From NCBI RefSeq assembly GCF_964355755.1, contig NC_092677.1, forward strand, positions 3,742,101-3,806,100: a stretch of 64,000 bases of DNA. Reading direction: 5' to 3'. This DNA is from Antedon mediterranea (lineage: Eukaryota; Animalia; Echinodermata). This document shows, piece after piece, positions 40,008 through 53,342 of the stretch; the first letter of the stretch is position 1, and each line of letters opens with the position of its first letter. A program made the position numbers and the translations under genes. Below the pieces are notes generated by a model. The model made no database searches, was not told the DNA's origin, and saw only the letters and a list, made by a program, of their open reading frames with translations.

Positions 40008-41652
40008 TTAAGATAATAATAATCATTGCAGAAATAATGATGGTGAAAGCTGTCCGTTATTTGAAAATTTTTTTTTTTAAAGAACTGACTACAAAAGATT
40101 GCTCACGTTGTTTTACTATAACAGTCATCCACCCTGCGAAACCTAATAACCTTTAACCTACAGTAGTAAGTAGGCCAGGTAGCCTACGTTGGCTAGGTTC
40201 AGGACTGATTGCCCATAAAACATTCGATGTATAAATATCAACACCCCAGACAGTGTAATAATGACCTTTCCAGACCGAAAACCATTCTGCCCGAAATTAC
40301 GATACTCTCTCGATACAACTCCATATTTTATTAGTGGAAAATGCATTTATTTAACATCAATCTTATCAAGCCACCCAAAAACTGAATACGTACATTAAAA
40401 GTACAAAGAACAATGTAAACCTATAAACAATTATTTGCAATTAGCAATGTATAATAAATAAAATCAACGATGGAGAAGGTGGAAAGGTTATATACACTGC
40501 CATGGGATTGGATACTTGAGAGGCGCCATAATTTTGTCTACACAAAATGAATTTTGTCGTGTAATATAATGTTTCGTTGTTGTTGTACTAATAAAGACTC
40601 TTACTCGCTTGACTGTCGTAACACATATATTGTTTATTCAGTATAATACTTCAGTACAATATACAACTATAAGTATAGATAAGGAACGGAGGATCAATGA
40701 TGCTGTCGGTGAGGTGTGAAGTGTGTAGGTCTGCTTCTGAAGAAGTGGCTGTGAGGTGTAGATGTTCTTCTGAAGAAGTGGCTGTGAGGTGTGTCTGGGC
40801 CCTTCTGAAACTTGGGAGTATATTGGCTCAGTTCATTTGCATAATGTCATTACATCATTTATGGAGCTAATGATTGGTCCTAAGTTGGTCCAGGGGTGTT
40901 TAAGTGGGAATGATTGATCTTATCTGGGGAGGTTACAATGATGAATTGGCCCTGTCGAATCTCTGCTTAAAACTGTCAATATCTAATTGTTTTACGATGG
41001 GAACAGTCACAAAGTTAAGCTAAGTGTTTTCTTTAGGGATTCTATTATAAACTAAATGGTCATTAAAACATCTGGACAAACTCTCCTCTGGACTTTCTGG
41101 GTCAAGTTTGTGAACCTATTTGAATTCCGATACAAAGGTATATAAGAATGAATTTTGTCGTTACAGAATGAATTTTGTCGTTACAGAATGAATTTTGTCT
41201 ACACAGAATGAATTTTGTCTACACAGAATTAATTTTGTCAACACAGAATTAATTTTGTCTACACAGAATGAATTTTGTTTGCACAAAATGAATTTTGTCA
41301 AGACAAAATTAATTTTGTCCACACAGAATAAATTTTGTCAACACAAAATGAATGTTGTCAATACAAAATGAATTTTGTGTTGACAAAATGAATTTTGTAT
41401 TGACAAAATTCATTTTGTGTAGACAAAATTGTAATATTTCGACAAAATTAGCAATGTCCCATACGGCGCCCCGTATTACTAGGCCTATATTTGTTGATGT
41501 ACAATAATAATTGGATAATAATAATAATGTGTGCCTCTAATTGTTGATGTATACGTGTTTGTGCCTCGTCTGTTATCTGTTCTTTCATGGATGTTAGGTA
41601 TAAAATATACCCCCAGTGGATTATTATTATTCTTTAAAGTTTAGTAGGCCTA

Positions 41653-42082
41653 CACTTTAAAAATTGTGTTTAGATCTTAAATACCTATTTTGTACCCACT
41701 TTTCCCACACGTTTAGCTTTTAAACACGAGTTACATGTTTATTGTGTTTAAAACCCAACGTGTTTATACTACATATTGTTTTCCTCCACTTGTGTAGCAG
41801 TCAACATGTCACTATTATGTTCAGTCAACATGTTCAGTCAACATGTTTAGCGTTGCATGCAAATAGAGTGGCAAATTCAACACGTTTAAATCCTAAACGT
41901 GTCTTATATTGCTCCACTTAACAATCAACACGTCACTGCCATGTGTTGAGTGGTATACAGACTACATGTTTAGAATGTATTTAGAACCTAAACATGTTCA
42001 TATCTAAACATGTTAAGGCTAAACGTGTGGAAAAAGTGAATACAAAACACATGTTTAAGATCTAAACACTAATTTTACAGTG
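41653..42082. mobile_element. EnSpm/CACTA-like MITE
   Basis: CACT...AGTG termini, long imperfect TIR (aaaatt.gtgtttagatcttaaa.ac), TA on both flanks. Confidence 0.75.
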
Positions 42083-42162
42083 TACAATAAGTCGTGGCGT
42101 ACAGTGTCACGTCTAGAGACAATTATTTCATGTCAAGCGACGGTAACATGCATCCTTGCCTT

Positions 42163-43242
42163 GGGTGTCACGAAACTTAAGACTACGAAAGCTAAGACCC
42201 CCTAAGACCTAAGATCACGAAAGCTAAGACCCAAGACCTAAGATTACAAATATTTATCTTTCGCACCTGCCTTGTATTTTAACTCCCAACATTTATTCTG
42301 AATACCACACCTTAGAATTAGCACTTTATGAAAAAGAATCACATAAAAAGTAACAAATACATTTTCAAATTGATGATTTTACAGACGTTTTTCTCACTGT
42401 TTGCGAATTTCGCATGACTAGCCTACACTACAGTTAGGCCTACATCATGTTCAATGTTTTTGTTTCTATGGAACGTCAATAGAGCAAAAATTATATAGAG
42501 GGCTGAAAACTCTGTGGAGTCCATCTACAGTGTGGATGGAACAATGTAAAAATTAAAATTGTAATAATAATAGTATAATCATGCTAGTACGAAGAAATAA
42601 ATACTCGCAAATAAATTTTAATTTAAAAATCATGATAATAAGTTTTTTTGTTTCGTTTTCTTTCTGTTTTTATACTTGTACTATTATTGTTGCTCTTTTG
42701 GCGCTTCATAGAAACAAAAACATTGAGCATGAGGAGTTACAGTATACAAAGAAACGCGTCTGTAAAAACATCAATTTAAAGGATTTATTTATTTGTTTTT
42801 ATGTGTTTCTCCTTCTGAAAGTACTTATATAAGTCCTAATTTTAAAGTGTGATATTCAGAATAAAGTCAGTTAACAAATTTGGAGTCAAAATACAAGAAA
42901 GGCAGGTGCGAAAGAAAAACATCCTCTGAACCAACACAATGGAGTAAATATATACCAACAAACAACCAGTCAAGTTTGTTTGTTGTAAAGGAAAAATATA
43001 CATTTACTCAACGGGCGAAAATAATGTGAGTTTATCTATGTTTTGCGGTAGTATTTAATTATATTTATGGTAATAAATGAAATCTACTATGTTTAAAATT
43101 ATGTATGGATAAACAAGTATTGTTTTTAAGCTGTAGTAGGCCTATATCTTAGAATTTGCAATCTTAGGTCTTGGGTCTTAGCTTTCGTGATCTTAGGTCT
43201 TAGGGGGTCGTAGCTTTCGTGGTCTTAGGTTTCGTGACACCC
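42163..43242. mobile_element. MuDR/foldback-like non-autonomous element (1080 bp)
   Basis: ~90-bp TIR gggtgtcacgaaac.taagac...; 10-bp TSD tccttgcctt / tccttgcttt; a second internal inverted pair (~42260-42480 vs ~42700-42915). Confidence 0.88.
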
Positions 43243-44280
43243 TCCTTGCTTTAATTTACTAAGAGTAAGACACTATATACCATTCAGCCAAACGTATTTG
43301 AAAAGAAGGAAAGGTATTGTACTCGCTAAAGACATAAGCAGTAATTCCCTGTGTTTAGGTGCCATTGTCTCTAGGTACAATACCGTAATGTGAATAAATG
43401 AATATTTTATACGCACGCGTATGACGTCAACTTATCACGTGTGTTTTATGCAACCAGTAGGCTTAATGGAGAGATATTGTTGACATAGTGGTTACCATCA
43501 TACCAGTACAATTCAGAACACATTACAACACTGAATTAGGCTGTAGCAGTATTTATGGTATTTTTCCGCTGCCAGATGTCAAGCAATATTTATTTATGAT
43601 AATAATTATAACAAGCTTAGGTTAAACACCGTTATTCGTACCTGATACTGAGCGACCTTTATGCAACATACATGCTCATTGAATGCTTTTATTATTGTTT
43701 TTTCTTTTATATCTTTGTTTATTTTTGTAAATGTTGTTGTTAACTATATCTTGATGTTAAGGTGAATGTTAATACATTTTAATTTATTAAGGTAATTATA
43801 GAGCTAAATAATTGTTTAGAGTAAAGTAACGAACTGTTCAATTCTAAAGGTTAAATGTAATTATTATCGTTCTAAAAAATTTAATTACAATTACATTCTA
43901 ACCTCTCCGCTTGTATCATAAAAATTAACATTAAAGATAAATATTCACAAAGAAAATAATACTTGGGCATGATCCGTAAGATTTTGATAATTTGACATAT
44001 AGTCAGCAACATCGAAGTAGGCGTACAAAAACAGCCTATAAAAGATAAGATCGATCGGAAATGCCATATTTGATTGGACGACGAATACGTTGGTCTTATT
44101 AGAGCGCGGTTTATAGTATCCGCATTCACGTTCGTTGTTTATTACGATAGTTGGATGGTTTAGGATGGCTTTTAAATTGCTGCTTTAAGGTACCCGAACC
44201 ACAAGGTTAGTTTGAAATATTCTTTTAGTTTTATAGTTGAATTAGTATTAGAAGTCAATTATTATTGTTATTATATTCAA

Positions 44281-44520
44281 ATCGGGGCATCAACACCGGG
44301 GTGTAATCACCGGAGTATCAACACCGGGGCATCAACACTGGGGTATCAATACCGGGCTATCAGTACCGCGGCATCAACATCGGGGCACCAACACCGGGGC
44401 CGGGAATCAACACCGGGGCATCAACACTGGAGTATCAATACCGGGCTATCAGTTACCGCGGCATCAACACCGGGGTACCAACACCGGGGAATCAACACCG
44501 GGGCATCAACACTGGGGTCA
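44281..44520. repeat. ~15-bp GC-rich minisatellite (ATCAACACCGGGGC-like)
   Basis: About 15 degenerate tandem units. Confidence 0.9.
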
Positions 44521-45144
44521 ACTGCGTGTCATCATCCTGTCTTAAATACAAATAAATCGGGAAAAAAGTAGATTTGTGAAAAAAATGAGCTCGACATCTA
44601 GCTTTAAATGAAGTTGGTTTATTTAAGTAAGTATAAGTAAATGTATTGTCATTTGTAAGTAGGCCTATATAAAAAAACAATTTACATTAACATTAATTGA
44701 AAGGTTTCGGCTAACAACAAATAAATAGAACTTTAACTACATGGTGAAACTATCCCCCGCCGGACACCATCCGGGTATTTTTAGAACTGGACAGGAATGG
44801 TAAAAACCTAAACCCCACCGGACACTATTATAGTCCGGTATTTCAAGGTTTCGTGGAAGTACAAACTTAACGTCAACATGCGTCAATAATTGCACGGATT
44901 GCTGTTGGGTGGAAAGAAGAAACTGACCTATTAGTTCTTTCAATTTCATTGATTTACCATTGATTTTAAGATCGGTTAAAAATAAAAAAAATAAGTATAA
45001 GTTTACTAATAGCAATAATATTGCTATTAGTAAAATTATAAGATATCACTTAAATGGTCTTCTTCTGATAATGTTTTTGATCCAGTCCTTTAATTAATCA
45101 TCCATTATTACCGAAATAATCTTCAGATTGAAATTAGGCCTACA

Positions 45145-45520
45145 CAGAACAGAAAAGATATGGGTTTTTAAAAGGCGTTTGAAAACTTCAATAGAAGGTG
45201 CATTATTAAGTAATAGGAAGTAATTGTTCCACAGTTTTGGAGCTGGAACTGCAAAAGCTCGATCACCATGGTGTTGAGGTCACTAGGTGAATCAAAAACT
45301 ACACTATAAGTATAGCCAATTTAAGAAATATTTTACAGGCTAAAGTTCTACGTATAATTAAGGTGGAAATATGGTGATGCTTTGTGAAGTGATTTATAAT
45401 ATGTAATTAACATCAATTTAAATATCGTTGTTTAATTGGAAGCCAGTGGAAGGTTTATATACGACGTGACTGTTTCCTGGTAAAAATTAAAAGCCCCGTA
45501 ATTTGTACGATAAATGTATA
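45145..45520 (-). mobile_element. Degraded L2/CR1-group LINE 3' fragment
   Basis: The minus strand encodes remnants HWLPIKQR..., GDRAFAVPAPKLWN and FKRLLKTHIF, typical of the L2 ORF2 C-terminus. Confidence 0.75.
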
Positions 45521-46717
45521 TCTATCAATCGTCGTTCGTTAGTGAATGAACAGCCTATTCATTTAGTATCTCGTTAAGCAACTTAATAGGCCTACGTCTT
45601 TCGTAAAAAAAAAATAAAAGAAAAAAAGGCCTACGTTTTTTTCTCCTTTTTTTGGGACATTTTGTATGTCCAGATATCTGCTCTCATCACTATTTTGCAA
45701 ACAAAATTATCTAACTTGTATAGGCCTCCTACACGGAAAATATAAAAGCTGAACAATATTTGTGAATTATAGTCATTCAATGTTCTTATACTGGCGTACA
45801 TTGTTCTCTTGGCCTATACATTTCCGGGGTTTGTTTTCTGTACCGTATATAATGTACAAATAATAAACGTTGTATTTTTATTAGGGACCAAGCCAAAATT
45901 ATTCTCTACTGCAGTTACTGCATTACGTATACTTTAACCAGCTTATAATCAGAAACATTCTTATTATAAAGTTCAGTAAAAAATGAGTTACTCCAGTAAC
46001 TATAAAGTAGAATACCGAACATGGTCCTAGTATTATTGAATTATGAAATTATTGAATAAATGAAGGAATGAAGAAAATATTTTTTTTTAAATCAGAATAC
46101 GGTAGTCAGTGGCAGATCTAGGATTTGAAAATACTGACAAGTGGCCCAAGCATTGTAAAACGAAGTAGGCCTACGAGTAGTACTAGCCTAGGCTTGATGT
46201 CGAAATACACGAAATCTGAAAATATAGTAAAATTATATAATAATACAAAACTTCGGAAATCCAGCCTTGTGATCAGTAACTAAAATGAGGGCGTAATAAT
46301 GTAATTTTTATCAGAGCCCATGTAGGCCTCATATGAATCTGATCTGTTTTGTGCGCGTGTGTAAAATCGAGATACAAAGCCGATTTTAAAGTGTCAGTGT
46401 CTTATACGCATGCGTAGAGGGTGATTAAAAAAATGGAAATATAAATACGGGGTACTAGTGGAAAATTGTGTTGTTTCATGCTACCGCACGCCGAGGGTGT
46501 GTTGAAGATTAGGTCCAATCATTGATCAATACCAAAGTGGTGGTCAATCGGTATGACGTCTCCCTATCCAGCAGAAGATTCCAGGTTCGAGTCTCTTAGA
46601 ATCATGAATTTCTATCTCCATTAATTGTAATTCATTCTAAACAAATATTATATTATTTAAATTATGAAGGTATATAATGATCTCTTTCTGTTTATTTCAG
46701 TAAAAACCACTGCAGCG

Positions 46718-47851
46718 ATGTCGAATCAGTCATCTAATACAACACTGGAAAGCGATATAACTGACGGGTCGGAGGATTGGGCAGAGTCATGCCAAATTTA
46801 TCTATGGGCAGCCATTTGCTTGACATGTGTAGGAGTCGGTGTGATTGGAAACCTGACGCTAATTTACATAATTCTGCGCAATGACACTATGCGCAATACG
46901 CGTAACATGTTGATATGCAATATAGCCGTCGGTGATTTGCTTTTACTCGTGTCCTATCCTACGTATACACTTTCATTTGTTTTCGACAGCATGACTATAA
47001 GTTGGACCGATATATTGTGTAAATTTTTTAAAACCTGGCTGTTAATATCACAAGGTGTTTCTGTTTTGAGTCTCACGTGGCTCAGCGTTGAACGGTACCA
47101 AGCGTTTTCAACAACACAGCGCGGTTTCGTTTCCCGTTACGTTATGGCTATAACGCTTGGTATATGGATCGTAGCCATCATTTTTACGTTGCCTCTAATT
47201 ATTTACACCAATGCGAGTGAAGGCAATATTAGGTGCCTTGATTTTCCTGTACAAGAACTATCTGGTCGATTGTACGGTTTATTCCAGTTTGCTGCCCTCT
47301 ATGTGATTCCCTTGTTTATCATTCTAATACACTATTGTTTGATAATAGGTATATTGTTTAAAAGTGTAAGGAGGATGCCGATTCAAACTTCGAATCGTGA
47401 CGATCAGATCCGTCGACGTAAGCGATCGTCACTGGTTCTATTTCTCATCACGGTCATGTTTGCGATGTGTTGGTTACCGCATTTTATTCGCTCTATGATA
47501 ACGCATTTCGATGATGATTATATAAACCTCACGTTTATCAAATTTAAACTATTTTCAGAAATGATGATCTATGTAAGCGGTTGTATAAACCCGGTAACAT
47601 TGTTTTTGATCAGCAAACGACATCGGCATTATTATAAGAAATACCTTTGTTGCACTAGCCAACGTTCCCGCCAACTCCGAGTCGGATTTCTTTCAAGCGC
47701 ACGTTCAATCTTCAGCACGCGGCAAACGCAGGCAGATCTGCACATGCGCACAGTTGATTTAACATATGGCGAAAAGGATAGCGAATCAACGTGTTTGAAA
47801 CAAAATGAAGCCGTATACAAAGATAACTTGGGAGGCGAGAAAAAAGAATGA
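46718..47851 (+). CDS. Rhodopsin-class peptide GPCR, bombesin/gastrin-releasing peptide receptor-like
   Basis: Seven hydrophobic segments; motifs GVIGN, AVGDLLLL, GVSVLSLTWLSVERY, CWLP and CINPVTL (NPxxL, as in bombesin/endothelin receptors). The tttcag acceptor at 46700 implies the true start is ATG 46718 (MSNQSSNTT, N-glycosylation sequons), not 46664. Confidence 0.9.
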   Translation: MSNQSSNTTLESDITDGSEDWAESCQIYLWAAICLTCVGVGVIGNLTLIYIILRNDTMRNTRNMLICNIAVGDLLLLVSYPTYTLSFVFDSMTISWTDILCKFFKTWLLISQGVSVLSLTWLSVERYQAFSTTQRGFVSRYVMAITLGIWIVAIIFTLPLIIYTNASEGNIRCLDFPVQELSGRLYGLFQFAALYVIPLFIILIHYCLIIGILFKSVRRMPIQTSNRDDQIRRRKRSSLVLFLITVMFAMCWLPHFIRSMITHFDDDYINLTFIKFKLFSEMMIYVSGCINPVTLFLISKRHRHYYKKYLCCTSQRSRQLRVGFLSSARSIFSTRQTQADLHMRTVDLTYGEKDSESTCLKQNEAVYKDNLGGEKKE

Positions 47852-49719
47852 ACGAATGGAATGATATAACGTTCACATAGAAATATTCAATACAACGAGT
47901 TCAAAATTCATTTGTTCTTGATCTACATGTACATACTGATCAATGGGTGCCCAGCTTGCTTGCTATGTATTTATACCATATCGCATATCATTATATATTA
48001 CGTCATTTTATAAATCAATACATGACGAAAAGTAACTAGCGCCATCACAGAAGAAGATATATTATTGAGTTGTCACAATATCGACAACCGTTAATTTTCG
48101 CCTGCCGGGGAATTGTACGTCCTATTTGAAAGGAGAATGTGTTTATCATGTTCAATCATTTCGACTTGTATGAAACATTTTCCAAACAGGAATAATGGGA
48201 AAATATCCGAATTTATGACAATTGCGATTTAAATTACAAATACTACGACCTTTTTTACATGGAAGGCAAGCATTTCAAATCTGGCTAACAAAAAGTATAA
48301 CTTTAAATCTAAAACTTGAAATGTCAAAGTGCAAGTGATTGTTGGTTGCGAGCAGATCTATAATAGGCCTACATACCGTAACTATCATAAGAGCAAACCG
48401 AATGTCTCTATTAGAACAGTTCTCATTGGATGACAAAATACCTTCCACGGACTATGCAGTGATAATCCTCGCCTGCAAGAATTGGATTTCACCCGCAGAG
48501 AGCGAAAGCCATAAACTTGGCCTAGGTCGTCTTGGGCCAATGTTGTGTGTAGACAAACCATGCCCTGGTAAGCAATAAAGCGTGACGTGAGGTCAAATTG
48601 CTGTGCAGAAATATGATAGCTTCTACTACAATGACGAGAGTTCCACGTTATTAATGCGGAGTTTCATAACCGGCGGCCGGATGATCAGAAAGCATTTTTT
48701 TTTTGAATTTCTTAAAATTGATGTACGCATGTAGCCTATAAATAACAGACAATGCACCATATTATGTACAGAAAGGACTATTTAAAGTGTCATGTCATTG
48801 TGTCGAAAGTTCTTTCACTTTTACATAATAATAATAGTTATCCGATCATAATGGTAAAGCGGTATAGGCCTATATTATGTTTTTTTTTTCCACCAAAATT
48901 CACGTACTCAAGTAATTATACGGTACCGTTCATATTTTGTTTATTGATTAATATTATTATTTTAGTTTTACTTCTAATTTTGATCCCTAAGATGGTCTTA
49001 TTTTAATTGTTGATTATTGTTTATTGCTATATTGTTAGTCATTAAAAACAATATATAACAATCTTTAAATAAATGTTTATTGAAACTATTGAAACTTTAC
49101 CAATCTCAAACGGCAGTTCCGAACGAACGTTGCTTATGATTGGTCAAACTAATGTATGTCGTTCTGTAGTATCTAAATGGGAAATAACTATTAACAGTGT
49201 AAATAATTAGGGATAAATAAATATTTTAATTATTTTATATTCTCTTATGACTCACTTCTTTGTATTATACTTTAATTAATTAATTAATAATTAATTAATT
49301 GATTATTCTTTCAGCTGAATATTATTTTTCTATCAAGTTTTAAATTTCTCTCAATTGTATTATAACGCTTATAAAATGTACAATAAAGTGTCTATTTATT
49401 CCTCCTACTGAGTGTCAAATGCACTTTTTGCGTTCCATACCTTTACCAACTTTGCTGGAAGATAGTTTTGCGACTCGTAACACTGCAGCAAAGATCAAAG
49501 TATTTTCTAAGATCTTTGTAGACTTTCCCTACGTCGATCTGTAGTTATTGTCTTTTTTATTAATTTTTTTTTATTTCGATTGTTGTCTGGAAAGAGGTAT
49601 ATTCAGAGCATCATTCTGACGACTGAATCATTCTCTACTTCTCTACGTTAACTGCTCAAGTGGACCCAATTTAACACCAGGGTAGCAGTGATATACAATA
49701 GAAATAAGTCACTACTTTT

Positions 49720-49960
49720 ACGCCTGAGCGTCGTGTTGACAACAAGTATGTCGTGGGTTCGATTCCCACGCTGGTCGGTGGAATAGAGTTAAAGGTATGC
49801 AACCACTGTGTTTGGGGTTCACAGAAGTATACGTCCCCCTTTCCACCACACATCATGAGGCGACAACATCAATGCATCTGGTGATGTGCTGGAAATGACC
49901 CCAACAGGCTGTGGCAGGGCCTTAGTGCTGAGGCAGGGAGAGCACATTTAACATCTTTTT
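49720..49960 (+). mobile_element. tRNA-derived SINE-like element
   Basis: B-box GGTTCGATTCCC at ~49756, then a GC-richer body and T-rich tail. Weaker tRNA-like heads lie at ~46537-46596 and ~53862-53930. Confidence 0.55.
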
Positions 49961-51137
49961 TTATTTAATTTTTTTTTCAACTTGTATTCGATCTTGTAAA
50001 TTTTATGTTTGCCTCCCTCAATTTTAAAAGAAATTGAATTCATTATTTTCATCGCAGGAGTACGAAACAGTTTGGTATGCCGTGCGTGCGAGTATACTGT
50101 GGAGAATAGTTTATCAAATTACATAGCAAGAAATGTTTGAAATCGAGTGAAACTTCTAACCGAGTTGCTGAGTAAGCTGCCAGGACTTGTGTATACTGAA
50201 AACGTGATCTTCCTTCTTAGTCCAAAACAACCTACTCTTTCGCGGAAGTTAGTTTCAAAAGATGTTTAAACTAAATAATGTATTAATTATACCAATTAGG
50301 ATGGTATTTATTTGAATAAACGTCTTCCTTATAAAACATCACCTAGAATATGTATTAATAACTACAAGGGCCCAAACAAACATTAAATAATATGCTTTAA
50401 AATGTTATTAATTAATCATCTAAGACACTGTGAAAAAGAGTAGGTATAGTTTTACGAATATCAAGCATTTCAATAATGGTAACCGACAGAAAACATGTAT
50501 TCAATTCAATTCAATTCACATTTATTTACGTCCAGAAAAAAAAAGTAACAAAAACAAAATGGCAAGTGATAATACAAGAAAATGGACAAAGGCAAATCCC
50601 AAAAAGATTATAATCTTGTGACAGGATTGCCTTTACAAATTTAAATTAAGAGAAGAAAAAAAATATAAATAAAGTAAATAAATTAATTAAACAATAAATA
50701 ATATATATATAAAACCAGTAGATAAAAGTTGGAATAAAAAGTAAAAAAATAAAGAACAGAAAAAAGTTCTTTCTATAGATGGATGTAAGCCATAACGTCC
50801 TTCTAAAACCTTTTTACCCGAGTCATTATTATTCCAAGAACCATCGTCTACACTTCCTAGAGGGGCAGCGAGCTCACCCTCTAGTATTAAGTAATTTGAA
50901 ATTAAAGATGATGTATTGTCCCAATAAAACATGAAAAATAAAGATTAATAAAATCAGACTTTCAATAGATTATTTTGTAGTTTTAATAAAGTTAAATCAC
51001 TTTTATAGAAAAAAAAACTGAAAAAAATTAATGTTTTCACTTATAATTAATGACAAAATAATTGGTTAAATTCAAAAACCCATTGGCTGACAGCCAATTT
51101 ACCGTTACCGCTAGTATCGAATATTAATGCTGCTGCT

Positions 51138-52278
51138 CTATCCATTTTTCTTTCTACGACGTGATAGTTTTTTATTTCTTTTGCGACGAGTTAGAGATAA
51201 CGGTTTAAGTACTTTCTTAGTTTTTACACTCGATTTTACAATTTGTTTATTTCGTACTGTTCTCGCAAATTCTTTAGCTGATTTCATCATGTACGGGCAC
51301 AGAGTGTTATTATGTTTCAAGTTTGCAATAGGCCAGTACGATCTATCTTTGATGTTTGGTGTCTTGTCAGGTAGAGTACATTCATACATTGTTTGATTTA
51401 ATTTAAATTCTAAAATCTTCAAATCCTTTTCCAATTCCGGACCGTAATTTTTAAGTTTTTCTAAAAGTATAACTTTGAAATGGTCATATAGCTGGGCATC
51501 TGACGCGCACCATTTTCTGGCATCTTCACGAATTTTATCTGAAACATTGTACCTTAAACTTGCAATCCTTACTGTCTTTGTAATATATAATATATCATCC
51601 CATTCCCAACAGAAAAGCTTCTTCAACAGTAGTAAAGACTCATTGAAATACTCTTGCAACATTATAAGATCAAATTCCGTTTCTATTTTTCTTATGGTTT
51701 CGTTTAACAATGTTCGGTTCAATTGTTGAACGTGATCCAGTCCAAAATCATACAGAAGAGGATTTCTTAAGTAAGATCTTTGTCGAAATTCTGGATATCG
51801 ATCAAGAAAATATTGTGGTTTGGACATAAATGTTCGATATGGATTCTGTTCATTTTGTAAATGCAACGGATTAAAAAGCTGAAAGTATCCAAAGACAGAC
51901 TCCAATTGCGTAGAAGGATCTCTAATAATTGTTATGTATTTAGTATCTGGTTTCATTACGGCTTCCATTTCTGTTCGGTTGTACCTTACATGGTTCACCA
52001 GTAAATCGTAGGTGCCTGGAAGTACCTGTTTTCTGTTAAAGTGTGTGTGGCTAATTATATGTCCGCGTTTAGGTGATGCAAAAGTTAAATTTCGTAAAAA
52101 TCCATATCTCTGCAAGATTAAGCTCATTGTGGTACTTCCAGTTTTGTGTGTCTTTAATAAGACAATATGTTGGTACGGCTTGCATGCAATCTCAGTTGGT
52201 TTAGTTGTAGAATTGGCGTGTTTGGGTTCAATCAATGGAATGTGCCTTCTCCAACTTGAGTTCAAACCTACATAGTAC
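51138..52278 (-). CDS. Galactose-3-O-sulfotransferase (galactosylceramide sulfotransferase-like) copy 1, catalytic exon
   Basis: 5'-PSB motif LKTHKTGSTT, ITIIRDP..QLES.F.Y, LRN.L.YDFG, FNESLLLLK and D.QLYDHF; ttgcag acceptor at 52279. Confidence 0.93.
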
Positions 52279-53226
52279 CTGCAATACACATTATTAATAT
52301 AATAATATAGGTAATATTATTTTCTTCTATTCCTATCAACAACCATAGTCACTTGGAAGCAATACAGTTTTTATAGCAGTTTTAGCCAATGCAATGTGCC
52401 ACAAAATTAAGTCATGTTAAACTCGTTTCAAACTAGACGAACTCATTAGCCCGATTGCAATTTTTTCGAAGAGAAACAAGGCCATATAGATGGCTGCAGT
52501 CGCGTGCTCAAGTTATTGTTTACCGACCGACCAACCTACCAACCGATCAACCAACCGACAGAAATTGCTGAACATGTTTAAAAATGTTGAAAATGTTTTA
52601 AAATATTTATATTTTTTTAATTTACACGTGCGTAGCCTGTCACTTGACGTGCTCGTATAACGTAATTTTGAGTTGAAAAGTAAGTCAAGAAAACAGAAAT
52701 CGGGAAAAAAGAGTGCGTATTAACATTTAACGCGCAGTACGCGTGCAAAAAATCTTTTTTAAACGCTTAAAATTGCCTGAAACGTACTCTTATTTCATCG
52801 AAAATAAATTTTGACAATTTGGACAATTTTAAGCGCGCGTACGCATGCGTTACACGCATATGATGATTTATGCCCTGAAATGTATTAGTACCAAATTTTA
52901 TTTAATTGTGATTCATTTTCGTGAAGATATGATTACAAACGTGATTTCGTTAAATCGTGCGTAGTATAGACCGCGTAATATTTTATTGCGCACCGTGAAA
53001 ACATAACCACATCGATTCCTGGCCATAAGGAATATACTGTGAAAAATTTAGCTAGATTAAACTGATATCAAGATACGGTCATATACAAGTTAGTGTTTAC
53101 CGACTGACCGACCAACCAACCGACCGACATAGTCGCTACCCAGTCTAATATACCAGACTAAACGTTTCTCAGATACCTTATTATTAGACTACTATTGTTA
53201 ATAAGGTTACAGCTAATTGAAATTAC

Positions 53227-53342
53227 CTGGAATCTGTGCACTTTTGGAAAAGTTGAAGCTTTCGGATTTGATATATTCCTGTCAAAGTAACGAATGTCAA
53301 TAGAACCAAAAACAGTGGCTTCGCTTTAAACATTTCAGACAT
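53227..53342 (-). CDS. Gal3ST-like copy 1, first coding exon (type II membrane anchor)
   Basis: MSEMFKAKPLFLVLLTFVTLTGIYQIRKLQLFQKCTDS-AG|gtaatt; phase 2 joins in frame to the catalytic exon (R-YYVGLNSS). Confidence 0.88.

Noticed and set aside
44212-44571. 119-aa repetitive ORF
   Set aside because: It is a translation of the 15-bp minisatellite.
46664-46717. N-terminal extension MKVYNDLFLFISVKTTAA of the GPCR, and the non-ATG starts given for the Gal3ST ORFs
   Set aside because: These run through intronic polypyrimidine tracts and acceptors; spliced models explain them.
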